Positions 31,709 through 40,514 of a DNA stretch of 41,231 nucleotides are shown piece after piece (position 1 is the first letter of the stretch; each line of letters begins with the position of its first letter). Origin of the DNA: Gemmatimonadales bacterium. GTDB taxonomy: Bacteria > Gemmatimonadota > Gemmatimonadetes > Gemmatimonadales > GWC2-71-9. The stretch lies in assembly GCA_035249405.1 (NCBI GenBank), contig DATFGN010000037.1:1-41231 (forward strand), in the 5' to 3' direction. The notes beneath the pieces are model-generated. The model was given only the letters and a program-made list of their open reading frames with translations. It was not told the origin of the DNA and made no database searches. Both the position numbers and the translations under genes were made by a program.

Positions 31709-32871
31709 AAATCCTGTCGATCATCATCCGCAACACGTTCCGCCACCGGCTGCGCAGCATCTTGACCGTCCTGGGCATCGCCACCGCGGTGATGGCGTTC
31801 GGCCTGCTGCGCACCATCGTGGGCGCGTGGAACGCGGGCGTCGCCGCCTCATCGGCCAACCGGATGATCGTGCGCCACCGCGTGTCGTTCATCTTCCCGC
31901 TGCCCACCGCGGACCGCCAGGCGATCGCCAAAGTCCCCGGCGTCACCAATGTGGCGATGGCCAACTGGTTCGGTGGCGTTTACGGCGACCCGAATGACTT
32001 CAAGAATTTCTGGCCGCGCTTCGCGGTCGACCCCGCGACCTGGTTCCAGGTGTATCCGGAGTTCGTGGTGCCGCCCGATCAGCTGGCGGCGTTCGCCGCC
32101 GATCGCTCCGGCTGCATCATCGGGGCGAAGCTCGCGGCCCAGCACGGCTTCAAGATCGGCGACGTCATCACCATGAACGGGGACATCTTCCCGGGGCCGT
32201 GGCAGTTCACAGTGCGCGGCATCTATCACGGCAAGGAGCCGTCCAACGACGAGACGCAGATGTTTTTCCAGTGGGACTACCTGGACCAGCAGGTCACGCA
32301 GCGGGAGCCCGGGCGCACTGTGGGCGCCGGCTGGTACGTGCTCCAGGTCGGTTCCCCTGACGACATGCCGCGCGTCGCGAGTGCCATCGACGCGGAGTAC
32401 GAGAACTCACAGGCGCCCACCAAGACCGAGAGCGAGCGCGCGTTTCAGCAGGGCTTCGTGTCGATGTCGAGCGCCATCATCACCTCGCTCGAGGTGATCT
32501 CGTTCGTAATCATCGGGATCATCCTGCTCGTGCTCGCCAACACGATCGTGATGGCGGTGCGCGAGCGCACCCGCGAGTACGCGGTACTGAAGACCATTGG
32601 CTTCACGGGGCGTCACCTCGCCGCGTTCATTCTGGGTGAGTCCCTGTTGATCGGCCTGGTGGGCGGGCTCGTGGGCGTGCTGCTCACGTTCCCGATCGTG
32701 CGCGGCTTCGGACAGGCGCTTCCCACGTTCTTCCCCGTGATCAACGTGGCTCCGATTACGATCGTTTTGGCGCTGCTGGCGGCCGCCGTGTGCGGCGTCG
32801 CCGCCGCGACGCTGCCGACCATCCGCGCCGTGCGCCTGTCGATCGTGAACGGCCTGCGGACCGTCGGATAG
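31705..32871 (+). CDS. ABC transporter permease (MacB_PCD + FtsX family)
   Basis: ATG 31705 overlaps the ATPase stop (ATGA). The N-terminus [29 protein letters not shown] is typical of FtsX/MacB permeases. A periplasmic domain is followed by 3 C-terminal TM helices. The ORF-track start at 31282 is an out-of-context extension. Confidence 0.9.
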
Positions 32872-32884
32872 AGGAGCCCGACAG

Positions 32885-34054
32885 ATGAGAATCCCGTTTT
32901 CCTATGTCTGGCGCAGCCTCTGGGCGCGCCGGCTCACGACCGCCCTGACCGTGGGTGGCGTGGCGCTGGTCGTGTTCGTGTTCGCGGGCGTCCTGATGCT
33001 GGCGCGTGGCCTGGAAGCGACGCTGGTCGATACGGGCGGCGCCGACAACGCGATCGTGCTGCGCAAAGCCGCCACCTCGGAGCTCGTGAGCCAGGTCGAT
33101 CGCGGCACGGCGGAGATCCTCGAGACGGCGCCCGAAGTGGCCGCGGCCGCCGACGGCCGGCCGCTGTTGTCGCGCGAGATCGACCTCATCATCAATCTGA
33201 ACAAGAAGGGCAGCAACTCGATGGGCAACGTGACCGTGCGCGGCACGTCGGCCCACGGACTCGAGCTGCGGCCCACCGTGCGCATGATCCAGGGCAAGAT
33301 GCTCCAGTTCGGCACCCACGAGATCATCGTGGGCAAGAACATCGCGCAGCGCTTCCAGGGCGCCGCCATGGGCGCCGACGTGCCGTTCGGGGGTGATCAC
33401 TGGACGGTGGTGGGAATGTTCGACGCCGGCGGCACGGGCTTCGACTCGGAGATCTGGGCCGACGCCGAGCAGGTCATGCAGGCGTTTGGCCGGCCCGTCT
33501 ATTCGTCGGTAACGTTCCGCCTCAAGGACCCCGCGCAGTTCGACGCACTCAAGGCACGCCTCGCCGCGGACCCGCGGACGCAGTACATCGAGCCCAAGCG
33601 CGAGCGCGACTTCTACCGCGAGCAGTCGCAGACCATGGCCACGTTCATCCGCATTCTGGGTCTCGTGGTCACCATCATCTTCAGCGTCGGCGCCATGATC
33701 GGGGCCATGATCACGATGTACGCCGCGGTCGCGAACCGCGTGGTCGAGGTGGGCACGATGCGCGCCCTGGGATTTCAGCGCCGCAGCGTGCTGGGCGCCT
33801 TCCTGCTGGAGGCGATTCTCCTTGCCCTCGTAGGTGGCGGGGTGGGCGTGCTGCTCGCCTCGGCACTGACCACAACCAAGGTGTCCACCCTCAACTTCTC
33901 GAACTTCTCCGAGATCGGGTTTGGCTTCGCGCTGTCCGGGGGCGTGGTGCTGAGCGCCCTGAGCTTCGCGCTGGTCATGGGGATCGTGGGCGGTTTCCTG
34001 CCGGCGGTTCGCGCCGCCCGCCTCAATATCGTCAACGCCCTGCGCGGATCGTGA
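32885..34054 (+). CDS. ABC transporter permease (MacB_PCD + FtsX family), second copy
   Basis: SD GAGGAG lies upstream. The N-terminus is FSYVWRSLWARRLTTALTVGGVALVV. The C-terminal FtsX block reads VGTMRALGFQRRSVLGAFLLEAILLALVGG. Confidence 0.9.
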   Translation: MRIPFSYVWRSLWARRLTTALTVGGVALVVFVFAGVLMLARGLEATLVDTGGADNAIVLRKAATSELVSQVDRGTAEILETAPEVAAAADGRPLLSREIDLIINLNKKGSNSMGNVTVRGTSAHGLELRPTVRMIQGKMLQFGTHEIIVGKNIAQRFQGAAMGADVPFGGDHWTVVGMFDAGGTGFDSEIWADAEQVMQAFGRPVYSSVTFRLKDPAQFDALKARLAADPRTQYIEPKRERDFYREQSQTMATFIRILGLVVTIIFSVGAMIGAMITMYAAVANRVVEVGTMRALGFQRRSVLGAFLLEAILLALVGGGVGVLLASALTTTKVSTLNFSNFSEIGFGFALSGGVVLSALSFALVMGIVGGFLPAVRAARLNIVNALRGS

Positions 34055-34058
34055 GTGG

Positions 34059-35447
34059 CTAAGGGGCCAGGGGGCGAGGCCGGAACGGCCACGTCCCCGC
34101 CTGCCACGACCACAGCGCAAACCCCGCCACCCCAAGCACCAGGCCCCCGAGCCCGAACAGCAGAATCGGCGGCGCCGTCGTCGCAAACACAAACACCCAA
34201 CCGACCAACGCGATAAACAGCGGCACCGGATAGAGCCAGATCCGATAGGGCCGGGGCAAATCCGGCCGGCGGCGCCGCAACAACACGACTGCCCCGATCT
34301 GACCGATGAACTGGATCACGATGCGTGTCACCAGCAGCGCGTCGATCACGGCGCCCAGGGAGAGAAAGCTGCACGCGATCGCGATCACGCCCAGCACCAC
34401 GAGCGACACGTGCGGGAACTGCCCCGTGGGGTGGAGCTTCGCGAACGGCTTGAAGAAGTAGCCGTCTTTCGCAGCGGCATACGGAATGCGCGAATACCCA
34501 AGCAATAGCGCAAAGACCGAGGCGAATGCTGTCCACAGGATGAGCAGGGTGAACCAGATCGCCACCTTGGGACCAAAAATCCGCTCCATGAAGATCGAAA
34601 CGACGAAGTTCGACTCGGGGTGCGCCGCCGCGGGGACGAAGTCGCGCCACGGCACAACGCCGATCACGGAGAGATTGACGGCCACATAGATCAGGGCCAC
34701 GGCGATGGTACTGATGAGGATAGAGCGGGGAATGACACGGCCCGGGTCCCGCACCTCGTCGCCGATGTAGCACACGTTGTAGTAACCGAGGTAGTCGTAC
34801 ACGCCGACGCGTGATGCCGCACCCAGACCGACCAGAAATCCCAGGGAGAAACCAAAGGCGCCGGGCGGAAAGTCGAACGCGCGACCCGGATCGAAGTTCA
34901 AGGCACCCGTGACGATCACGGCTGCCACCGTCACCAGCGCCCCTACCCAGAGGCTCAGCGTGAGCGTCGCGATGGAGTGGATGCGCCGGTAGAGCAGGGC
35001 AATGTTCAGGATCCCGACGACCGCCGCGATCGCCAGGGCGCCGCGCGCTGTGAGCCCTTCCCAGATGTAGCCCGCGTAGTTGGCGAACCCGATGTAGCCG
35101 GAGGCGATCTCGAGCGGCCCGCTGAGGATGAACTGCCAGATGAAGAGGAAGCCGACAAGGCGCCCCCAGCTGGCCGGACCGTACGCTTCGACCAGATAGC
35201 GAAACGAGCCGCCCGAGCCCGGCAGTGCGGCACCCAGCTCGCTCCACAGCATCCCGTCCGCCACCACGATCGTCAGGGCCACAACCCAGCCGAGCATGGC
35301 TTGCGGGCCGCCCAGGGCGGACATCAACAGGGGGATCGTAATGAACGGACCGATCCCCATCATGTTGATCATGTTCAGCGCCGTCGCGTGAACGGTGCCG
35401 AACCTTCGGTTCAGCGTCTGTTCCACCGGTTTCCCTCCGGCAGCCAC
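34059..35447 (-). CDS. APC superfamily amino acid/polyamine permease
   Basis: About 12 hydrophobic helices are visible. The N-terminal block ATALNMINMMGIGPFITIP is typical of the APC family. GTG start. Confidence 0.9.
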   Translation of the reverse strand: MAAGGKPVEQTLNRRFGTVHATALNMINMMGIGPFITIPLLMSALGGPQAMLGWVVALTIVVADGMLWSELGAALPGSGGSFRYLVEAYGPASWGRLVGFLFIWQFILSGPLEIASGYIGFANYAGYIWEGLTARGALAIAAVVGILNIALLYRRIHSIATLTLSLWVGALVTVAAVIVTGALNFDPGRAFDFPPGAFGFSLGFLVGLGAASRVGVYDYLGYYNVCYIGDEVRDPGRVIPRSILISTIAVALIYVAVNLSVIGVVPWRDFVPAAAHPESNFVVSIFMERIFGPKVAIWFTLLILWTAFASVFALLLGYSRIPYAAAKDGYFFKPFAKLHPTGQFPHVSLVVLGVIAIACSFLSLGAVIDALLVTRIVIQFIGQIGAVVLLRRRRPDLPRPYRIWLYPVPLFIALVGWVFVFATTAPPILLFGLGGLVLGVAGFALWSWQAGTWPFRPRPLAP

Positions 35448-35492
35448 AATAGCTCGGGGCCACGCGAAGGGAAACCGGGTGCAGCGGTGCGT

Positions 35493-36185
35493 CTAGCGCT
35501 GCGCGATCTCTTCCCGGTACTCCTTGCTGGCGAAGATCGCGATTTCGACGCGTCGATTCAGCTCGCGACCGCGCTCGGTCTCATTGCTCGCGATCGGCTC
35601 CAGCTCGCCCATCCCGCGCGTAGTCACCCGGTCCCGGTTGAGCCCGTGCACCACGAGATAGTCGGCTGCGGCTGCGGCGCGCCGTTCGGAGAGACCGCGA
35701 TTGTACGCCGCCGGTCCGACCTGATCCGTGTGGCCGACGACCACGACACTGGACCCGGGATACTTGTTCAGGCTCGCCGCCAGCGCGCGCAGGTTCTTTC
35801 GCGCCTCCGCCCGCACGACGTCGGAGTCCGTGTCATACAGCAAGCCGGACTCGAAGGTGACCTGGATGCCTTCCCCGACGCGCTCCACCTTGGCGCCCGG
35901 AAGGGTCCGCGCCAACTCCTTCGCCTGCCGGTCCATGCGCGCGCTGATGAGCGCGCCGGCCGTACCGCCGACCGTCGCGCTCTGGATGGCGTCGCGCGCC
36001 GTGTGGGCGCTCGCTCGACGGACCGAGCCGCTGGCCGAGCCGCTCGTGACGACGCTGCTCGGCGGGCTGGCGACCGTGCCGGTCTCCGTGTGCGTCGCGG
36101 CATGCGTCGCGCAACCGTTGAGACCGAAGAACGTCAACGCCGCCACGCTCGTGGCGACGGAAACCATGCGATGTCTGGTCCCCAT
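35493..36185 (-). CDS. OmpA-family lipoprotein (peptidoglycan-binding OmpA C-like domain)
   Basis: SD GGAGG lies upstream of the ATG. The lipobox is FFGLNGC. The OmpA_C motifs are FESGLLYDTDSDVV...VVVVGHTDQVGPAAYNRGLSERRAAAAADYL...NRRVEI. Confidence 0.9.
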   Translation of the reverse strand: MGTRHRMVSVATSVAALTFFGLNGCATHAATHTETGTVASPPSSVVTSGSASGSVRRASAHTARDAIQSATVGGTAGALISARMDRQAKELARTLPGAKVERVGEGIQVTFESGLLYDTDSDVVRAEARKNLRALAASLNKYPGSSVVVVGHTDQVGPAAYNRGLSERRAAAAADYLVVHGLNRDRVTTRGMGELEPIASNETERGRELNRRVEIAIFASKEYREEIAQR

Positions 36186-36364
36186 AGTGCCTCCTTGGCG
36201 GGGGAACTCCGCGTTCTGTCCTAACCCGAAGGCACGTACGTGTTCTGTCTCGCAGCGCTGACCCTGCCCTGAGTGACCGCGGCTACAGCTGTCGCGCCCA
36301 CGCTCGCTCGTGTCGCAAAGACGCCCTAGCCGGATCGTTCCACACGTGGCAGGATTCTCGAACG

Positions 36365-37465
36365 ATGGGTGGTGGGATAGAGCAGCAACGGGAGGTGTTG
36401 CGGCAGGCGCGGGTGGCGCTCCGGGATCGGGCGGTCACCCTGTGGGAGATCGCAACTACGGGCAACCTCGCTCCGCTTGCGACTACCGCGTCGAGCCTGC
36501 CCGATGACGACGCGCGGCGTGAGCTCGACACCGACCTGCGCCGCTGGGGCGCTGCACTGATTCCGGGCAGCCACTGGGTCAGCTGCCGCCTGGACGAGGC
36601 AGCGCGCTGGTGCGTGGCCCCAGTCCGCTCGCAACCTGCGCTCCCGCCACCCGGCGGCGTTGAGCGCCGCAGCCCGGAGCGCCTGATTCTCGAGCTGGCC
36701 GGCCTGTGCGTCGGCACGATCGACGCGGGGTCGATCCGGCGTCTCCCGCCGCAGGTGGCGGCCTGGGAGCACGCCCGGCAGCCGGCGGTGATTGCCCATG
36801 AAGTGGGGAATCAGCTGACGGTGGCCGGCGGCAATCTCGAATTCGGCATCGCGGCGGTACGCGCCGCGCAGTCACTCGACACCGGGTTGCGGGCGCAGCT
36901 GCTCGAGGACCTGACGAACGCGGCGAAGAGTATCGAGCAGGCGACTGATTACCTGCGCGCCATTCAAGAACGCTCGGGCCCTGGGACCGGGCGCGCGGAG
37001 CGATTCGAGGTCACGGCGCTGGCTCGCTCCTGCGTCACGCTCGAGCGGCCGCTCGCCCTCAAACACGGCGTGGCGCTGAGCTGGGAATCGACCGTCGAGT
37101 CGGCGTATCTGTTCGGCGAGTCGAACGCTTTGTATCGGGCGCTTACGAACCTCGTCCGCAACGCGGTCGACGCCTCGCGGACGCACCGCGGGTCGGTCCT
37201 GGTGACGCTGGAGCGCTCGGGCGACCGGCTCCACCTGGCGGTGCACGATCGGGGGGTGGGGATCGCGCGCGACGATCTGGAACGGATCTTCGCAGCCGGG
37301 TTTACCACGAAGCCGCCGGGATCAGGTTCCGGGATGGGGCTCGCCATCGTGCGCGAGATTGTCGAGCACATGTTTGCGGGCACCGTGCGGGTCCAATCCG
37401 AGGCGGGGAAGGGCAGCACATTCACTCTCGTCCTGCCGATTCCTCCCCAACGCCGCAGCGCTTGA
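36365..37465 (+). CDS. soluble sensor histidine kinase (HisKA + HATPase_c), no adjacent response regulator
   Basis: H-box is VIAHEVGNQLTV, N-box is LTNLVRNAVDAS, G1 is HDRGVGI and G2 is GSGSGMGLAIVREIV. No TM segment is seen. The start is uncertain. Confidence 0.85.
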   Translation: MGGGIEQQREVLRQARVALRDRAVTLWEIATTGNLAPLATTASSLPDDDARRELDTDLRRWGAALIPGSHWVSCRLDEAARWCVAPVRSQPALPPPGGVERRSPERLILELAGLCVGTIDAGSIRRLPPQVAAWEHARQPAVIAHEVGNQLTVAGGNLEFGIAAVRAAQSLDTGLRAQLLEDLTNAAKSIEQATDYLRAIQERSGPGTGRAERFEVTALARSCVTLERPLALKHGVALSWESTVESAYLFGESNALYRALTNLVRNAVDASRTHRGSVLVTLERSGDRLHLAVHDRGVGIARDDLERIFAAGFTTKPPGSGSGMGLAIVREIVEHMFAGTVRVQSEAGKGSTFTLVLPIPPQRRSA

Positions 37466-37470
37466 ATCGC

Positions 37471-37920
37471 TTAGTGCGTCCCCTTGGTCTTGATCACGAT
37501 CACGCCGTTCGCGCCCCGCACGCCATAGATCGCTGCATCGGCATCCTTGAGCACGGCGATGGACTCGACGTCCTCCGGCCTGATCCAAGTCAACGTGCCG
37601 CCCCGTTGCGGCGTGACTGGGACACCGTCAACGACATAGAGAGGCTCGACCGCGGAGTAAAAGGATGCGGCGCCACGAATGTTCACTGATATGCCGCCAT
37701 TCGGTCCCCTGGTCACCGTGACCCCGGAGATGCGGCCTGCCAGCATCGCCTCAAGCGACGTGGCAGACTGACGCGAGGACACCAACGTACTACTGCCCGA
37801 CGAATCGCCCGGGCTCGGCGCATTCTGACTCTGCGCTCCTCCGCTTCCGTGGGAACAGGCGAGGATGAATCCGACGAGGACGACGAGGGGCGTGAGGACG
37901 CGCATTGGGTACCGGTTCAT
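37471..37920 (-). CDS. stand-alone TonB-dependent-receptor plug-like domain lipoprotein
   Basis: AAGGGGG lies upstream of the ATG. The lipobox is VGFILAC. LEAMLAGRISGVTVT...NIRGAAS...PLYVVDGVPV...DVESIAVLKDADAAIYGVRGANGVIVIKTK matches the plug-domain pattern. No barrel follows. Confidence 0.75.
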   Translation of the reverse strand: MNRYPMRVLTPLVVLVGFILACSHGSGGAQSQNAPSPGDSSGSSTLVSSRQSATSLEAMLAGRISGVTVTRGPNGGISVNIRGAASFYSAVEPLYVVDGVPVTPQRGGTLTWIRPEDVESIAVLKDADAAIYGVRGANGVIVIKTKGTH

Positions 37921-37984
37921 GGGACCCCCTTTCCCAGGAACGCTACGTCCTCCGGCCTTCGTGGCAAGCCGTGTCCTGGACGGC

Positions 37985-39064
37985 CTACCGTTTCCAGAGC
38001 TTGTAGGGCTTGTCGACCGTCGAATTGAACGGCAGCATCACTTTTTTGCCTGTGCCTGCGGACTCGTACGCGGCAAAGATTGCCTCGAGTACCGCTCGGC
38101 CATCTTCACCCGTCACTAACGGCTGCTTATCGTGCCTCACGCAGTCGACGAAGTGCGCCATCTCTTGAGGAAACCCGTAATTCCAGATCTCCTCGTACAT
38201 GGTATAGCTCCACCCAGTGGTGATGCCGGCCTTTTCCACCGCGTAGCCGACTCCACGCGTGCTGTAGGTCTGGATCGAATTGCCCTGCAGTACATCGGCG
38301 TACGCCACGCCTTCCGAGCCATGGATCTCGGCCCGGTCGTCCATGCCGCCGAGCTTGGTCCAGCTCTCCTCGGCCAACGCCTGGACGCCATTCTCGAATT
38401 CGAGAATGATGATCGCGTTGTCGTCCCCTTTGGTCTTCGCACTATGGACGCTGGTACTCATCTGGGCGTACACGGACTTGATGGGATTGCGGCCATTCAG
38501 CCAACGAAAGAACGCGATGGCGTGGCACCCCATATCCATCGTGACCCCGCCGCCCGCTCGCTCCACGTCCCAGAAATGATCGGCGTGCGGGCCGTCATGC
38601 TTCTCCGATTGCTTCAATAAGACCGGTTTGCCCAGGGCGCCTTCGTCGAGCAGACCTTTCAATCTCAGGTATTTTGGTGTGAAGCACAGTTCTTCGGCAT
38701 ACATCAATTTGACGTGCGCCGTTTTACAGGCGGTAATCATGCGATCCGCTTCGGCGAGATTCATGCACATTGGCTTCTCGCACACGATGTGCTTGCCGGC
38801 CTGCGCCGCCTTGAGCGTGATGTCACAATGCAGGAAGTTGGGGGCACCGATGACGACCATGTCGATATCGTCCCTGGCCAACAGCGCATCGAGGTCGGTG
38901 CAGTGATTGGGGATCTGGTGTTTCTTGGCGAAGTCCCGCGCGTTTCCGGCGGTGGGTGACATGACTGCTACAATCTCCGCACCGCCGACCGATCGCAGCG
39001 CTTCGGCATGGATCGTGGAAATGAACCGCGACCCGATCAGTCCTACGCCGACTTTGTCTTTCAT
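37985..39064 (-). CDS. Gfo/Idh/MocA family NAD(P)-dependent oxidoreductase
   Basis: Start taken at ATG 39064 (MKDKVGVGLIGSRFISTIHAEAL, a Rossmann GxGxxG-like motif). EKPM is the consensus block (CEKPMCMN). The 78-codon Arg/Ala-rich extension in the ORF track is rejected. Confidence 0.9.
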   Translation of the reverse strand: MKDKVGVGLIGSRFISTIHAEALRSVGGAEIVAVMSPTAGNARDFAKKHQIPNHCTDLDALLARDDIDMVVIGAPNFLHCDITLKAAQAGKHIVCEKPMCMNLAEADRMITACKTAHVKLMYAEELCFTPKYLRLKGLLDEGALGKPVLLKQSEKHDGPHADHFWDVERAGGGVTMDMGCHAIAFFRWLNGRNPIKSVYAQMSTSVHSAKTKGDDNAIIILEFENGVQALAEESWTKLGGMDDRAEIHGSEGVAYADVLQGNSIQTYSTRGVGYAVEKAGITTGWSYTMYEEIWNYGFPQEMAHFVDCVRHDKQPLVTGEDGRAVLEAIFAAYESAGTGKKVMLPFNSTVDKPYKLWKR

Positions 39065-39189
39065 GGCAGGATGCAAGGTGGTGCAATTTCCGTGAACCCC
39101 GCTAGACCCTCCCGTTGGCGTGCCGTGCTGGGCGACCCACACCTCTGGATCCCCCTCGCCGTGCTCGTCGCCGGCCTGGTGGTGCTCAC

Positions 39190-40455
39190 ATGGATCGCCT
39201 GACCGAGCTCGATCCGGCGCGGCTGCGCCGCCTGCAGCGCGTCGGCATGCTCTCCGGATTCGCCGCCGGCGCGTGGCTCGGTGCCGCCGAGGCTCCAACC
39301 AAGCTCGTGACGCTCGGCATCCCGCCCGTCACCATCTCCTTCATGATGGTGCTGGGCGTGTTCCTGGCCCGGTGGAGCCTGCCCGCGCTGGTGCGCGGCA
39401 CTGCCGCGGTCACGGACGACGTCCGCCAGGCACCCCACCTCGTGATCTGGGCCGCGCTGGCCGGGTGTCTGTGGTCGGTCGCCAATACGCTTACCATTTT
39501 CGCGATCCGGGACATCGGCCTCGCCATCGCCTTCCCGCTGTGGAATTCGAACAGCTTGCTCGGCATCCTCTGGGGCACGGTGCTGTTCAACGAGCTGCGC
39601 GACGCGGGCCGGGCACGCGGGCTCGCCGTGCTGGGCGGCGCCGCCATCATGTTCCTGGGTGCCACGCTGCTCGCCGTCGCGTCATCGACCCACGCACCCG
39701 GTGGCTCCGCCGTCCGTGGCGTCGTTGCCGCGCTCGCGGCCGGCGTCATGTGGGGCACGATGTACATCCCCTATCGCAAAGCGTACCTGACCGGCATGCA
39801 CCCGATGTCGTTCGTGGCGTTCTTCACGATCGGCGAGCTGGGCATGATGTCGGTGCTGGCCCTGGTGTTCTCGGGCGGGCCGGGGCCGTTGTGGGCTGAC
39901 CTGGTGCGCAGCCGCGACGTGCTCTTCTGGCTTCTGCTTGCCGGCTTCGTCTGGGTCGTCGGCGACCTGTTCCAGCAGTACGCGGCCAAGTACGTCGGCA
40001 TCAGCCGCGGCATCCCACTGTCGAACACGAATCAGCTGTGGGGACTGGCTTGGGGCATTCTGGTGTTCGGCGAGCCTGGCGGCGGGAAAGTGATCGGCGG
40101 TTCGCTCTTGATGGCGCTGGGCGCCGGTTCCATCGCGCTCGCCTCAGCGTCCCGTTCGGAACACAAGCGCTGGCAGGAAGCGGCCGCTCGCGAAGGCGCG
40201 CGCTACGATGTGGATCCGGCTTACGTCGCGGCCGGGATGACGGGAGAGGACTCGAGCACCGCTCGCACGCGCCGCCGGCCGCTCAACTGGCTGCTCGTCG
40301 CCGTCGCCACCGTGGTGTTCATCTGGTTCGGCTCGCTCGCTCGCGTGCCTGCGCTGCATGTGGCGTGGGGTTGGGCGGCGGTGCTGACCATAGCCCTGAT
40401 CGCGTTTCTCTTCGTGAGTGGATTGTCGCTGTGGCGGGCAACACGTCTCGGTTGA
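39190..40455 (+). CDS. DMT-superfamily (GRP/GlcU-like sugar transporter-like) membrane protein with C-terminal extension
   Basis: Start taken at ATG 39190. About 10 TM helices are followed by a charged linker and 2 more TM helices. Blocks such as IAFPLWNSNSLLGILWGTVLFNE and GIPLSNTNQLWGLAWGILVFGE resemble the two halves of GRP/DMT transporters. The gene is divergent from the Gfo/Idh/MocA gene. Confidence 0.65.
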   Translation: MDRLTELDPARLRRLQRVGMLSGFAAGAWLGAAEAPTKLVTLGIPPVTISFMMVLGVFLARWSLPALVRGTAAVTDDVRQAPHLVIWAALAGCLWSVANTLTIFAIRDIGLAIAFPLWNSNSLLGILWGTVLFNELRDAGRARGLAVLGGAAIMFLGATLLAVASSTHAPGGSAVRGVVAALAAGVMWGTMYIPYRKAYLTGMHPMSFVAFFTIGELGMMSVLALVFSGGPGPLWADLVRSRDVLFWLLLAGFVWVVGDLFQQYAAKYVGISRGIPLSNTNQLWGLAWGILVFGEPGGGKVIGGSLLMALGAGSIALASASRSEHKRWQEAAAREGARYDVDPAYVAAGMTGEDSSTARTRRRPLNWLLVAVATVVFIWFGSLARVPALHVAWGWAAVLTIALIAFLFVSGLSLWRATRLG

Positions 40456-40465
40456 CGTCAGACCT

Positions 40466-40510
40466 CAGACATCGGACATCAGAAGTCTGACGTCTGAAGT
40501 CCGAAGTCTG
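40466..40510. terminator. long imperfect hairpin built from inverted heptamer repeats between convergent genes (probable bidirectional terminator)
   Basis: CAGACATCGGACATCAGA (40466-40483) pairs with TCTGAAGTCCGAAGTCTG (40493-40510) at 16 of 18 positions, leaving a 9-nt loop. An alternative perfect 10-bp stem is GACGTCAGAC (40454-63) with GTCTGACGTC (40485-94). GTTTTC lies downstream. Confidence 0.55.
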
Positions 40511-40514
40511 TAGT

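Noticed and set aside
36365-37465. Orphan soluble histidine kinase as part of a novel system.
   Set aside because: It has a standard HisKA/HATPase core. Orphan kinases are common, and the flanking genes (an OmpA-like lipoprotein and a plug-domain lipoprotein) are on the opposite strand with no evident coupling.
39065-39298. 78-codon extension of the Gfo/Idh/MocA ORF, and a similar 25-codon extension of the transporter ORF (39115..39189).
   Set aside because: The extensions are Arg-rich with no homology-like features. The internal ATGs at 39064 and 39190 give the expected Rossmann N-terminus and the first TM helix respectively.
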